Shown piece by piece: positions 29,615 through 39,393 of a stretch of 64,000 nucleotides of DNA; position 1 is the first letter of the stretch, and each line of letters begins with the position of its first letter. This stretch comes from an uncultured Eubacteriales bacterium (GTDB taxonomy: Bacteria > Bacillota > Sulfobacillia > Fermentithermobacillales > Fermentithermobacillaceae). The notes below the pieces were generated by a model. The model saw only the letters and a program-made list of their open reading frames with translations, did no database searches and was not told where the DNA came from. Location of the stretch: contig CAZXLH010000004.1 in the NCBI GenBank assembly GCA_964641455.1, positions 14,777-78,776 of the forward strand. Reading direction: 5' to 3'. Both the position numbers and the translations under genes were made by a program.

Positions 29615-30367
29615 TCAGCGACGCAAAGTTCGGGCCAGGGTTACGCAAAACACCTTCTGAACCCCTGCAACTTTCAGCGCCCTTGCCGCCTCGTCTAAAG
29701 TGGCACCGGTAGTGGTTACATCATCGACCACTAATACTTTACTACCGCTTACGTCATAATTTCCAACTGTTTTCATAGTGCCCCGTAAATTGAGCCACCT
29801 GCTCTTGCGATCCAATTGAGTCTGATGTTTCCGTATTTCCTCTCTTATAAGGATATCGGCCAGAGGCAAAGAAATTTTACAGGATACTTCTTCAGCTAAG
29901 TCTTTTGCTTGATTATAGCCCCGTATCTGTCTGCCAGAGGCTCCAAGAGGCACAGGGACTACCATGTCTACATGGCAAAAAGATTGTGCTGTTTTAGCAA
30001 GCAGTGACCCTAACGGCCGTGACAACCACCTTTTTCCATAGTATTTCATTTGGCCAATGGCAAACCTGAGTTTGCCCCGGTAAATGCCCAAAGAACGCTG
30101 GGCATCGAAATAGTACATGTTGATGCGGCAGTCATGGCACAGGGGTAGGGGTGGACGCAAGGGTATCCCGCATACTTTGCAAACCCATGCCATTTGTTGG
30201 GTTAACTCACTTTTACACACAGCGCATATTTGATCGCCGGATATGTCAAGTGAATTGCATAGACAGCAATTGGCCGGGTTTCCATAGATGAAACCTGACA
30301 GCTTGTCAGATATTGCCAGCGCAAAACACTCCTTTGTATAACCTTGATGCCCGAAGCAGTAGCCCAA
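29615..30367 (-). CDS. comFC: ComF family protein (ComFC-like phosphoribosyltransferase domain protein)
   Basis: An N-terminal Cys-rich zinc finger (CCLCNS ... CAVC ... CKVCG ... CHDC) plus a C-terminal PRTase motif VLVVDDVTTTGATL. No comFA or comFB is present upstream. Confidence 0.85.
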   Translation of the reverse strand: MGYCFGHQGYTKECFALAISDKLSGFIYGNPANCCLCNSLDISGDQICAVCKSELTQQMAWVCKVCGIPLRPPLPLCHDCRINMYYFDAQRSLGIYRGKLRFAIGQMKYYGKRWLSRPLGSLLAKTAQSFCHVDMVVPVPLGASGRQIRGYNQAKDLAEEVSCKISLPLADILIREEIRKHQTQLDRKSRWLNLRGTMKTVGNYDVSGSKVLVVDDVTTTGATLDEAARALKVAGVQKVFCVTLARTLRR

Positions 30368-30451
30368 ACAAGCGCAGTACCCTGGTTACAAACCCGGAAA
30401 TCGAACGGGTACATATGAATCTGACGCAAAAACAAGCCGGGGAGGCCCTGG

Positions 30452-30811
30452 CTAGTAAACCGCCTGGCTCTTTCCTAAATATAATACAAGATCCGGAGCC
30501 TTTAGATGGCGCGCCGGAGCCAGAACCCCATCTTTCACAAGCAAACCTATAACTTTGCAGTACTCGTGGCCGCCATCATCAGATTGAAGCATGATTTCAG
30601 TATCCAGGCCTGCCATTTCAAATTCGAGTTTCAAACACCTGACAATAGGTTCAATAAGATCTTGATGGCCTCTTACATGAATGACAACTCTCATCACATG
30701 TAAGCCACGGTTGATCACAAAACCTTTCAGTATTACCAGAATACACCACGCGAATATTAACATCAAGAGTGTCTTGTGTAAGCTGAGCAACGACACTTCC
30801 CCCTGAAGCAA
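30452..30811 (-). CDS. Hypothetical small protein with a possible single N-terminal TM helix. A likelier TTG start near 30790 follows a GGGGGAAG ribosome-binding site. This call is doubtful.
   Basis: It is the only ORF in the 472-nt metK-comFC gap and uses a TTG start. A hydrophobic LLMLIFAWCILVILKGFVI segment is followed by ~75 aa. No family was recognised. Confidence 0.3.
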   Translation of the reverse strand: MLQGEVSLLSLHKTLLMLIFAWCILVILKGFVINRGLHVMRVVIHVRGHQDLIEPIVRCLKLEFEMAGLDTEIMLQSDDGGHEYCKVIGLLVKDGVLAPARHLKAPDLVLYLGKSQAVY

Positions 30812-30839
30812 TATATGCTCAGAGGGAAGTATATGGCAG

Positions 30840-32027
30840 TTAAACGTACTTTAAGAGGTCATCTTTCAAATCGAGTTTCTCCCAGGGAAGATCGAGGTCT
30901 TGCCTTCCAAAATGCCCGTAAACCGATACCTGGGAATATATAGGCCTTCGAAGGCCAAATCGTTCAATGATAGCGCCGGGCCTAAAATCAAATGATTTCT
31001 CTACAGCATGAAGAATGGCCCCGTCAGATACTTTGGATGTGCCTTTGGTATCAATGGTAACGGAAACAGGCCGCGCTACTCCTATCACATAAGCAACCTG
31101 CACTTCACATTCGCGGGCCAACCCGGCAGCAACTATATTCTTAGCTACATAACGGGCAGCGTAACATGCTGACCTATCAACTTTGGTTGGGTCTTTGCCT
31201 GAAAAACTTCCACCGCCATGCCTTGCAAAGCCTCCATAAGTATCAGCAATGATCTTACGGCCCGAAAGGCCGCTGTCTCCTTGAGGCCCGCCTACAACAA
31301 ACCGCCCTGTAGCATTGACCAAGATTCTGGTGTTTTCATCCATTAAGCGTGACGGAATTGCCTTTTTCACAACATGAGAGATAATATCTTCCCGTATCTT
31401 GGAAAGCGGCACATCACTGGCATGTTGCGCTGAAACCACAACAGTGTGGACCCTTACAGGTTCTCTGTCTTGGTACTCAACGGTAACCTGAGTCTTACCG
31501 TCAGGCCTCAAGTATGGCAGAATCTTTTGATGCCTTACGTCTGACAGGCGTTTTGAAAGACGATGCGCCAGGTGAATGGGAACCGGCATATAAACACCGG
31601 TTTCGTCACATGCGTAGCCAAACATCAAACCCTGATCACCTGCACCCAGGGTATCAGGCATTTCACCTTGCTTGGATTCAAGGGAACGATCTACGCCAAG
31701 AGCAATGTCCGGCGACTGATCTTCAATTGCTGTAAGCACGGCACATGTGTCAGCATCGAATCCAAACTTGGCGCGAGTGTAACCTATTTGACGAAGGGTT
31801 TCTCGCACAATATGAGGCATTTCTACATAACAATCAGTGGATATCTCACCTGCAACCAATACGAACCCTGTCTTGACAAGACATTCACAGGCAACCCGTG
31901 CTGCCTTGTCCTTTTCAAGGATAGCATCGAGGATTGCATCGACAATTTGGTCTGCCACTTTATCAGGGTGGCCTTCAGTTACAGATTCGGAAGTAAACAG
32001 TTTTCTTCCCCCGGCCATTGTTGGCAT
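30840..32027 (-). CDS. metK: S-adenosylmethionine synthase MetK
   Basis: 395 aa with [18 protein letters not shown] and GGGAFSGKD motifs. Confidence 0.95.
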   Translation of the reverse strand: MPTMAGGRKLFTSESVTEGHPDKVADQIVDAILDAILEKDKAARVACECLVKTGFVLVAGEISTDCYVEMPHIVRETLRQIGYTRAKFGFDADTCAVLTAIEDQSPDIALGVDRSLESKQGEMPDTLGAGDQGLMFGYACDETGVYMPVPIHLAHRLSKRLSDVRHQKILPYLRPDGKTQVTVEYQDREPVRVHTVVVSAQHASDVPLSKIREDIISHVVKKAIPSRLMDENTRILVNATGRFVVGGPQGDSGLSGRKIIADTYGGFARHGGGSFSGKDPTKVDRSACYAARYVAKNIVAAGLARECEVQVAYVIGVARPVSVTIDTKGTSKVSDGAILHAVEKSFDFRPGAIIERFGLRRPIYSQVSVYGHFGRQDLDLPWEKLDLKDDLLKYV

Positions 32028-32127
32028 AGACTAGCCCACCTCCAGGAGGCAGTAATATAGTATGAAGTAATTGACTATACGCTGAAATTGATTCACATTA
32101 AAACTTTAGCACTCAGCTAAAATATAG

Positions 32128-32595
32128 TCAAACAGGCAAGGCAAAAACTACCTGTGCTTGGGCTATTTCAACACTGTTTACAAAAACCTTGCCCTTGGCT
32201 CTGCCGATATTCATACGCATGTTTTCAACAGTTACTTCGGCACGCAAAGTTTCACCGGGCCTAACAGGCTTTTTGAAGCGGGCAGATTCAATTCCGGCAA
32301 GATAAACAGTTTGTCCGAAGTTGGCAGGATCGGAAAGGATGGCCAGTGCACCTGTTTGCGCCATCATCTCCAAAATTATCACGCCGGGAAAAATAGGTTC
32401 TTGGGGAAAATGCCCCTGGAAAAACGCGTGATCTTGAGGTATGTCATATTCGGCCACAGCTGATTGCCCGTTTTCAATAGATATTATGCGCGTTAAAAAC
32501 AAGAAAGGTTGCCTGTGTGGAAGAATGCTCTTTATCCGGCTAAGGCCGTTACCGGAGTCATCCGGGCATTTCCAAGCATCTTTCATTCCCATCAT
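32128..32595 (-). CDS. fabZ: 3-hydroxyacyl-ACP dehydratase FabZ
   Basis: LPHRQPFLF ... GHFPQEPIFPGVIILEMMAQTG hot-dog fold motifs. A GGAGA ribosome-binding site favours a start at MKDAWK, near 32586. Confidence 0.9.
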   Translation of the reverse strand: MMGMKDAWKCPDDSGNGLSRIKSILPHRQPFLFLTRIISIENGQSAVAEYDIPQDHAFFQGHFPQEPIFPGVIILEMMAQTGALAILSDPANFGQTVYLAGIESARFKKPVRPGETLRAEVTVENMRMNIGRAKGKVFVNSVEIAQAQVVFALPV

Positions 32596-32863
32596 CTCCT
32601 AATAAATCACTGGAAGATGATTTCGACGCTTGATCATAAAGTACCTTTGCCAGCCCGATTCCGCCTGCCTGCGCCCAGGCGTTTCCCATGGCCTGAGACA
32701 GTAACACATCCCATGGGCCAAGTTTCACACCTGTGCTTTTAGCCATATTGCGCCATATAGTTGTCAGAAAAACAGACTCAAAGTCCTGGCAGGCCTTAGC
32801 CAGTTGAAAGTCTTTCTTTCGGCAAATTGTGTTATGCTGCACACTGCTTACTTTGGTTTCCAT
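32558..32863 (-). CDS. Flagellar rod-binding protein (FlgJ N-terminal-domain-like)
   Basis: 101 aa with DFESVFLTTIWRNM, like the FlgJ rod-binding domain; it lies immediately downstream of flgG. Confidence 0.6.
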   Translation of the reverse strand: METKVSSVQHNTICRKKDFQLAKACQDFESVFLTTIWRNMAKSTGVKLGPWDVLLSQAMGNAWAQAGGIGLAKVLYDQASKSSSSDLLGDDGNERCLEMPG

Positions 32864-32887
32864 GTATCATAGCCCTTTGTTTTATCC

Positions 32888-33646
32888 TTATCGTTTAATA
32901 TTGTTTGCAATAGCCCACATCTGATCTGCAGTTTCCACTGATTTGGAATTGAGCTCAAAAGCCCTTTGCGCCACTATTAGGTTTACCATCTCGGTAACAA
33001 TTTCTACATTTGAGGCCTCTACGTAACCTGACAAAATTGAACCTGAACCTTCCCGCCCTGGTTCTACCTCAATTGCTTCTCCTGACTGAGGGGTTTCGCT
33101 AAAAAGGTTAGAACCTACGGCTTGCACTCCGGCAGGATTGGGAAACATGGTCAACACAATGCGTCCAAACTCCTGGTAAGAGCCATCAACCTTACCCATG
33201 ATCACTCCGGTTTTGTCGACTGCCAATTCCTGAGTTCCCTGTGGAACGACGCTTCCTCCCTGAATAACCACAGGATACCCTGATTGGGTCACTATGCGCC
33301 CTTCGCTGTCTAACCTGAGCGAGCCATCACGGGTATAATACTGCCGGCCGTCAAACCCTTCTACTGCAAAAAACCCTTGCCCCTCTATTGCCAGCGCCAA
33401 AGGATCGTCAACCCTTTCCAACGGCCCCTGGCGAAAGTCCCTTTGAGTGCCTGCTACGCGGACACCACTGCCTACAGACGCCTCAGTGTTGCCTAACAGG
33501 AGGTTTTGATAATAAAGATCCTGAAATTCTACCCGCTGCCTCTTGAAGCCTGTAGTGTTAACATTGGCAAGATTGTTGGATACATTGTCTATGTTAAACT
33601 GCTGGGCTGCCATTCCGGTGGCCCCTGACCATAAAGCCCTTATCAT
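32888..33646 (-). CDS. flgG: Flagellar basal-body rod protein FlgG (FlhP-like)
   Basis: 252 aa with N-terminal NNLANVNTTGFK and the C-terminal rod-protein motif. Confidence 0.85.
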   Translation of the reverse strand: MIRALWSGATGMAAQQFNIDNVSNNLANVNTTGFKRQRVEFQDLYYQNLLLGNTEASVGSGVRVAGTQRDFRQGPLERVDDPLALAIEGQGFFAVEGFDGRQYYTRDGSLRLDSEGRIVTQSGYPVVIQGGSVVPQGTQELAVDKTGVIMGKVDGSYQEFGRIVLTMFPNPAGVQAVGSNLFSETPQSGEAIEVEPGREGSGSILSGYVEASNVEIVTEMVNLIVAQRAFELNSKSVETADQMWAIANNIKR

Positions 33647-33675
33647 TATCAGCCAACCCCTTTAATCGTCAGTTT

Positions 33676-34413
33676 CTATACTCTTCCTACCCTGCTTACT
33701 GCCTGCCCTAAAGTCTCGTCATGGGCATGAAGAACTTTCTGCGCTGCCTCATAAGCTCTCATTGATGAAATCAAGTTTACCATTTCAGATACAGGATCAA
33801 CTGTAGATTTCTCAAGCGCCCCAACCTTCAAGCGAGGAGACTCTATAGGATTCGCAAAGCCGCTTGTTATTCGAAAAACACTGTTGCCTTCTTTAACCAG
33901 GGCTACATCGGGAGGAAATGTGTAGATAACCAAACTGTCTGTTTCTTCACCGTCACAAAGTACCGTTCCGTCTTCTGAAACAGAATATGTTCTATGGGGT
34001 TCTGCCTGGATGGCTCCGCTGCTTCCTAAAACCCTGTAGCCTTCCACAGTCAGATACCCATCTCTGGCTTCCAGATTACCCATGCGGGTGTACCGGGTAC
34101 CTGCAGGAGTTTCAACACTAAGGTAAGCACCCTGGGGCAACGAAATATCCAGAGGGTTATTGGTAGCCTCTATTGCTCCTACATTACGAAAAGTGGCAAC
34201 ATCGCTGACTACTGTGCCTCCGGCGTAGCCTCCGACGGAGGTTTGAGTATAAGGCTCAAATCTGTACATGAGAACATCATGGAAACTTCGAAACACTGCC
34301 TTATCTTTTTGATATGCTACAGTATCGGCATTGGCAAGGTTATTTGCAATCACTTCTTGGTTGAGTACCTGCGCCCTCATTGCTGTAGTGGCAGATAAAA
34401 CCCCTCTAATCAA
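33676..34413 (-). CDS. flgF: Flagellar basal-body rod protein FlgF/FlhO-like
   Basis: 245 aa with NNLANADTVAYQ rod-protein motifs. Confidence 0.8.
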   Translation of the reverse strand: MIRGVLSATTAMRAQVLNQEVIANNLANADTVAYQKDKAVFRSFHDVLMYRFEPYTQTSVGGYAGGTVVSDVATFRNVGAIEATNNPLDISLPQGAYLSVETPAGTRYTRMGNLEARDGYLTVEGYRVLGSSGAIQAEPHRTYSVSEDGTVLCDGEETDSLVIYTFPPDVALVKEGNSVFRITSGFANPIESPRLKVGALEKSTVDPVSEMVNLISSMRAYEAAQKVLHAHDETLGQAVSRVGRV

Positions 34414-34504
34414 ATAAAATCCCCCTGGGATTCATATCGTCCAAGAGAGCAAAATAATTAAGAGGTTCAATGTAAACTTATAACACTTGTCCTGAAAGCA
34501 AGCA

Positions 34505-35536
34505 CTATCCTGTGAGGCCTTTGATATGTTCTTTGTAGAGGGCAAAATTATCAAGGGCTATCATAGTGCCTCTGGCAACGCATGAAACAGGGTCTTCAGC
34601 TACGTGAACCGGTAAGCCTGTATCATCTCTGATTAGTTCAGGCATCCCTCTAAGAAGCGCGCCGCCCCCTGTTAAGATTATACCTCTGTCAATAATGTCT
34701 CCAAGAAGTTCCGGGGGAGTACGGTCTAAAACCTGCCGGATAGAGTAAGAAATCATGTCAAGCGATTCTCTCATGGCAGTTCTTAAATCCAATGAACTAA
34801 CCATAATGCTCCTTGGAAGCCCTGTAATTGCATCTCTGCCCCTAATCTCGTATCTTATGTCTAGATTGGTTTCAGCGTGGGCTGAACCAATGGCCATTTT
34901 GGCTTTCTCTGCAGTCGACTCACCTATATACATTGCGTATTCTTTTCTTGCGTACTTAATAATGGCATCGTCAAAGGCGTTACCCCCAATGCGTGTAGAT
35001 GCGCCTGCAACTATGCCGTTGAGGGAAAGCACTGCAATGTCTGTTGTTCCGCCGCCAATATCCACGAGCATGTGCCCTCGTGGCGCCGTTATATCCAAGC
35101 CTGCCCCAAGCGCCGCTGCAAAGGGTTCTTCAATCAAATATACTTGCCTGCCTCCGGCTGCAAGCCCTGCTTTCAGCACAGCTCTTCTCTCAACTGAAGT
35201 GGCTGCTGCAGGCACACATAAAAGAATCCTCGGCCTGAAAATAAATCTTCGGCCCAGGCTCTTGCGCATAAAGTGCCTAAGCATGAGCTCAGTAACTTCA
35301 ATATCGTTTATCACACCCTCCATGAGAGGGCTTACAGTTACTATACTGCCCGGGGTTCTACCCACCATTCGCCTGGCTTCTTCACCCACAGCCAAAACTT
35401 CCTTTGTTTCGACATGGCGGGCAATTACAGCAGGCTCTCTCAAAACTATCCCTTTTCCAGAGACGAACACTAACACAGAGCAGGTTCCCAGGTCGATTCC
35501 TACGTTTTTGCCACCTATCACATGAGGACACTCCAA
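34505..35536 (-). CDS. mbl: Rod shape-determining actin homologue (MreB/Mbl family)
   Basis: 343 aa with GIDLGT ... actin-fold phosphate motifs, in the spoIIID-mbl-flhO-flhP order of B. subtilis. Confidence 0.9.
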   Translation of the reverse strand: MECPHVIGGKNVGIDLGTCSVLVFVSGKGIVLREPAVIARHVETKEVLAVGEEARRMVGRTPGSIVTVSPLMEGVINDIEVTELMLRHFMRKSLGRRFIFRPRILLCVPAAATSVERRAVLKAGLAAGGRQVYLIEEPFAAALGAGLDITAPRGHMLVDIGGGTTDIAVLSLNGIVAGASTRIGGNAFDDAIIKYARKEYAMYIGESTAEKAKMAIGSAHAETNLDIRYEIRGRDAITGLPRSIMVSSLDLRTAMRESLDMISYSIRQVLDRTPPELLGDIIDRGIILTGGGALLRGMPELIRDDTGLPVHVAEDPVSCVARGTMIALDNFALYKEHIKGLTG

Positions 35537-35638
35537 ATAATTGATCTATCGGGTTATTCTATGAAAAGTGCTAAGTTCCTTCTAAAAGTGGCATATTTGG
35601 CGAATTTACTGAATTATCAGGTCAAAGTTAAAGGGAGT

Positions 35639-35890
35639 TCATGTGGCTTTTTGGTATTTTCTCCTGGTAGCCTCTCCCCCTCTGATATGTCTTTCTGCTT
35701 TGTTTACGTCCAATATTTCACGCACAAGCCTGGCCAATTGTGGGCGAATTTTAGGCAAGCGTTCTGTAACATCCTTGTGAACGGTACTCTTAGAGACTCC
35801 AAAAACGCGGGCAGCTTCACGAACCGTTGATCGAGTATCCTTAATATATTCGCCAATTTCAATGGCACGTTTCCATATCACTTCATTCAT
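35639..35890 (-). CDS. spoIIID: Stage III sporulation protein D (SpoIIID)
   Basis: 83 aa with an HTH region GVSKSTVHKDVTERLPKI and a C-terminal HIRGGEATRRKY. Confidence 0.9.
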   Translation of the reverse strand: MNEVIWKRAIEIGEYIKDTRSTVREAARVFGVSKSTVHKDVTERLPKIRPQLARLVREILDVNKAERHIRGGEATRRKYQKAT

Positions 35891-35970
35891 ACCAGGTCCC
35901 CCTTAGTGGGATGTTACGGTAATATATATGCAAACATGGGGAAATCATGCGGCTAAGTGACTGCCTGTGT

Positions 35971-36819
35971 TTAATTGCCCGTGCTTAGAAACTCAATAGG
36001 GTCCATGATCTCATTGTCTTCAAACAGTTGAAAATGGAGTATCTCTCCGCTAGTACGCCCAATAGTTTGACCCTGAGCTACTTGTTGCCCTAAGGCCAAT
36101 CCGGACCATGTAACCCTGGCATAGCGAGTCTCGTAACGGCCTCCGTGGGCGATCACAATCACTTCGCCAAAGGTTTCGTCTTTGTAAATACGTTTGATTG
36201 TCCCCGAACCTACTGCTTTTACTTCTGCACCTACTGCAGTAGCAATATCTATCCCAGGGTAGTAACGCCAATCTCCCAACTCCTCTGAATAGAACCAACC
36301 TGGGCGTTTAATAATTTCCCCTGAAGCAGGCATAATAATTCCGCTTGCAGCCAAAAACGAAACAGCCTCCTGTTCATTGCCTTGCCCTGGTTTGGAATCT
36401 TGGCCGGCCTCAATTTCGGCCAAATTCACTGAAGTTTCCTGACGAGAATGAGAATTGCCCTCTTTACCACCGTCTGCCGAGCCAGAGCCGGCCTGGTGGC
36501 TTTGGCCGGGCAGGCCTTGATCTGAATTTGAAAACGTTCCTGGGTTTTGTTGTTCGGTCCCTACAGGTTTGTCCACGCCCAGCATATCTGAATCGCGTGT
36601 GATACTTGCTCTTAATCCAAGGTACATACCTATGCCGAACAAACACACACAGCAGCAAATAATCAGCAATACTTTGCCTATATCCGGAGATACTTTTGCC
36701 TTAAAACAGTGCTTGGCTTTCCTAAAAATATGAACCTTATTGCTGTTTTGCCGTTTGCCCTGATCTCCCTGCATAAGAACACCTCCGGCTCTATTATTGC
36801 CATAATTTGCCGGAGGCAT
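35971..36819 (-). CDS. spoIIQ: SpoIIQ-like M23/LytM-domain membrane protein with a degenerate active site
   Basis: An N-terminal TM segment, a low-complexity linker and a C-terminal LytM domain in which HxxxD is replaced by YPGID and HxH by LHF. It lies between spoIID and spoIIID, as in Clostridia. Confidence 0.65.
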   Translation of the reverse strand: MPPANYGNNRAGGVLMQGDQGKRQNSNKVHIFRKAKHCFKAKVSPDIGKVLLIICCCVCLFGIGMYLGLRASITRDSDMLGVDKPVGTEQQNPGTFSNSDQGLPGQSHQAGSGSADGGKEGNSHSRQETSVNLAEIEAGQDSKPGQGNEQEAVSFLAASGIIMPASGEIIKRPGWFYSEELGDWRYYPGIDIATAVGAEVKAVGSGTIKRIYKDETFGEVIVIAHGGRYETRYARVTWSGLALGQQVAQGQTIGRTSGEILHFQLFEDNEIMDPIEFLSTGN

Positions 36820-36844
36820 TCGCCCTTAAATCAAAACCTGCAGG

Positions 36845-37840
36845 TCATTCAGCAAAAATCTGAGTTACGGTAGTTCCAGGATAATAGTGGGCCAAAATCT
36901 CCAAAAAGTGCTTGCCGGCTTTGCCTGCCCCATCGGCACCGTACTGGCACATACCAACGCCGTGCCCGTAACCTGTCACCTGAAATACCACCTTGTCACC
37001 CTTGGGCGTCCACGTGAACTTAGTTGATTTTAGGTTAAGCGCAGACCTAAATTCCAAGCCTCTCATGTTTTTGCCATCAACCGTGATTTGTTTGACACGC
37101 TCTGTAGGCGACAATGAAGTTACTGTTATGCTTCCTGATTGGGATACCCTTGAGGCCGGGATGCTTATGCCAAGTTTGTTCAGTGAAGCGGATATCTCGG
37201 CGGTGGGCACGGCAACCTGGCTGGGTTTAAAGTAAGGTGAATGGTTACAGTAACTGCAAACCACACTCTGAAGGTAGTCTACGTTATTACCCCATACGTC
37301 TTTGGCAGCCTCAGTCGTGCCTCCGCACGTAGAATGATAAACGGCTTCAGCGGGAAGCCCTTTGTGCATGAGAATCAGCCCCTGTGTTTCATGGACCGCT
37401 TTTTCAATCTTTGGCCAGTTAATCCATGCGCCAATGATTCCCCACCGCTCCTTAATCACCTTTTCAGGGTTCCAAGCCTGGTCCTTAGCAGGGTTTGAAG
37501 TAACATCTGCTTTGCCGGGCATAGACGGAGCGCCGCCAAGCACAGACATTTTTTGAATGGCATATGTTCTTGCAACAATAGCCTGTGCCTTAAGAGCCTC
37601 GGGATGGAAAGAAGCCGGCATTTCTGATGCAACTACGCCTTTAACGTAATCTTCTAAATCGAGGGTAATTACTTTGTTCTCCGGTTCGTAAAATACGTCG
37701 ATCTTAAGAATAGGGTAGCCGGTACCTGACAGATAGGGCCAAGGCACTGCCGGATCAGGCTCAATGCCCACTTTGCCGGCACCTGAAATCCCTGCCAATA
37801 TTCCAAAAACAAACAAAAGAAGGAAGAATGCTTTTTTCAA
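36845..37840 (-). CDS. spoIID: Stage II sporulation protein D (SpoIID, lytic transglycosylase)
   Basis: 331 aa with a signal anchor and the SpoIID/LytB motif YHSTCGGTTE; it is adjacent to murA. Confidence 0.85.
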   Translation of the reverse strand: MKKAFFLLLFVFGILAGISGAGKVGIEPDPAVPWPYLSGTGYPILKIDVFYEPENKVITLDLEDYVKGVVASEMPASFHPEALKAQAIVARTYAIQKMSVLGGAPSMPGKADVTSNPAKDQAWNPEKVIKERWGIIGAWINWPKIEKAVHETQGLILMHKGLPAEAVYHSTCGGTTEAAKDVWGNNVDYLQSVVCSYCNHSPYFKPSQVAVPTAEISASLNKLGISIPASRVSQSGSITVTSLSPTERVKQITVDGKNMRGLEFRSALNLKSTKFTWTPKGDKVVFQVTGYGHGVGMCQYGADGAGKAGKHFLEILAHYYPGTTVTQIFAE

Positions 37841-37987
37841 TGTGCTTTTCCTCCATGGTTATTACTGGGCAATCCTTTTTGATTATTATTGAATAACAGT
37901 AACCTTTATTCTTTATGCCCGGCAATTACCATTGATTCAGAGGAAAAGCAAGAGCCCTGGAAACAACATAAGGGCATCCTTGTAGCG

Positions 37988-39280
37988 TTACCCTCTTGCA
38001 GTAAATCCTGAAGCATATTCTATGGCATCATCAACAAGTGAAACCCGTGCGCCAAGTTGGCGAAGTTTCCCTGGCAAGTTGGCATAGCCTCTTTCAACAT
38101 GTTCCAAACCTGTTATATAGCTAATTCCTTGAGCCGCAAGGGCTGCAATGCATAAGGCAGCACCGGCCCTTAAATCAGCGGCTTCAACTTTGGCGCCGGT
38201 AAGATTGGAGACTCCTTCGATGACGGCATTGGGCCCTTGAATCCGTATTTTGGCCCCCATCCGGTTTAGTTCTTCTGCATGGCCGAAACGGTTTTCAAAT
38301 ACGGTTTCAGATATTGTGCTGGTACCTTGGCTTAAACTGCAAAGACTCATAAACGGAGCTTGAACATCGGTTGGAAAACCAGGATAAGGCAAAGTCTTAA
38401 TATTTACGGGTTTAGGCCTGGATTCAGCCTGTATTTCTACACTCTTATGTCCTTCAATCACTGTAAGGCCGCATTCCTGCAACTTGGCCAGCACAGGCTT
38501 AAGATGTAACGGAATTACGTTTTCCACTGCAACGTTGCCTTGGGTAATTGCACCGGCCAGTAAATAGGTAGCTGCTTCGATTCTGTCGGGAATTATGGTA
38601 TACGTTGCTCCCGGAAGTTCGCTTACACCGGTAATGCGAATTCTGGAAGTTCCGGCTCCTTTTATTTGAGCCCCTGCCAAATTCAAAAAATTGGCTAAAT
38701 CTACCACTTCAGGTTCTTGAGCTGCATTATCTATTATGGTGTCGCCATTGGCCAAGCAAGCTGCCATCATAATATTTTGCGTAGCTCCGACTGAAGGTAC
38801 GTCAAGATAAATTTGGGCTCCATGAAGTTTAGGCGCACGAGCATGGACAAAACCCTGCTGTATTGCAATGTGTGCTCCCATGGCTTCAAAACCTTTTAGA
38901 TGAAGGTCAATCGGCCTTTGGCCTATAGCACAACCACCGGGCATTGGTATGGAAGCATTGCCGCAACGTACCAATAACGGCCCCATAACCAGGAACGATG
39001 CCCTCATTTTGCGGACAAGTTCATAGGGCGCCTCACAAGTAAGTGAGCCTGACGCATCTATTTGCACTTGCCCTTTTGCTTGCTGTACGTTTGCACCAAC
39101 TGCTTCCAAAAGGGAAATCATGGTTCGAACATCTGCTAAATCCGGAACACTTGATACAATGGATTTATTTGTAAGCAACGCACCTGCCAAAACAGGCAAA
39201 GCAGCATTTTTGGCGCCGTCGCACCATACTTTTCCCTTTAGTGGTTTTCCACCCCAAATAACAAGATCTTTCATGTCCAC
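37988..39280 (-). CDS. murA: UDP-N-acetylglucosamine 1-carboxyvinyltransferase MurA
   Basis: 430 aa with the KNAALP and GCAIG regions. Confidence 0.95.
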   Translation of the reverse strand: MDMKDLVIWGGKPLKGKVWCDGAKNAALPVLAGALLTNKSIVSSVPDLADVRTMISLLEAVGANVQQAKGQVQIDASGSLTCEAPYELVRKMRASFLVMGPLLVRCGNASIPMPGGCAIGQRPIDLHLKGFEAMGAHIAIQQGFVHARAPKLHGAQIYLDVPSVGATQNIMMAACLANGDTIIDNAAQEPEVVDLANFLNLAGAQIKGAGTSRIRITGVSELPGATYTIIPDRIEAATYLLAGAITQGNVAVENVIPLHLKPVLAKLQECGLTVIEGHKSVEIQAESRPKPVNIKTLPYPGFPTDVQAPFMSLCSLSQGTSTISETVFENRFGHAEELNRMGAKIRIQGPNAVIEGVSNLTGAKVEAADLRAGAALCIAALAAQGISYITGLEHVERGYANLPGKLRQLGARVSLVDDAIEYASGFTARG

Positions 39281-39393
39281 GCTCCTCGAATTATTACTAC
39301 GATTAGTGTCCGTCTAAAGAGGAGCAATATCCCCGGAAATGGTGGTATGTTAAAGGTAAGAGCACCTTTATAAACCTTGATAAAATCTGCTAA

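Noticed and set aside
30452-30811. Assigning the small ORF's C-terminal part (MRVVIHVRGHQDLIEP...) to the P-II/CutA-like family, or calling it comFB
   Set aside because: The resemblance is only a vague alternating hydrophobic pattern. There is no Shine-Dalgarno sequence before that Met, and there is no similarity to B. subtilis ComFB. It is left as a hypothetical.
34755-35525. Long plus-strand ORFs antisense to real genes. Examples are 34755..35525 (256 aa, opposite mbl), 61999..62613 (204 aa, opposite the rho 5' end and leader), 11568..12191, 55910..56506 and 9462..9950.
   Set aside because: Each lies entirely within, and antisense to, a strongly supported conserved gene. Their translations are low-complexity or rich in Cys, His, Trp, Ser and Pro, with no recognisable motifs. 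They are typical shadow ORFs.
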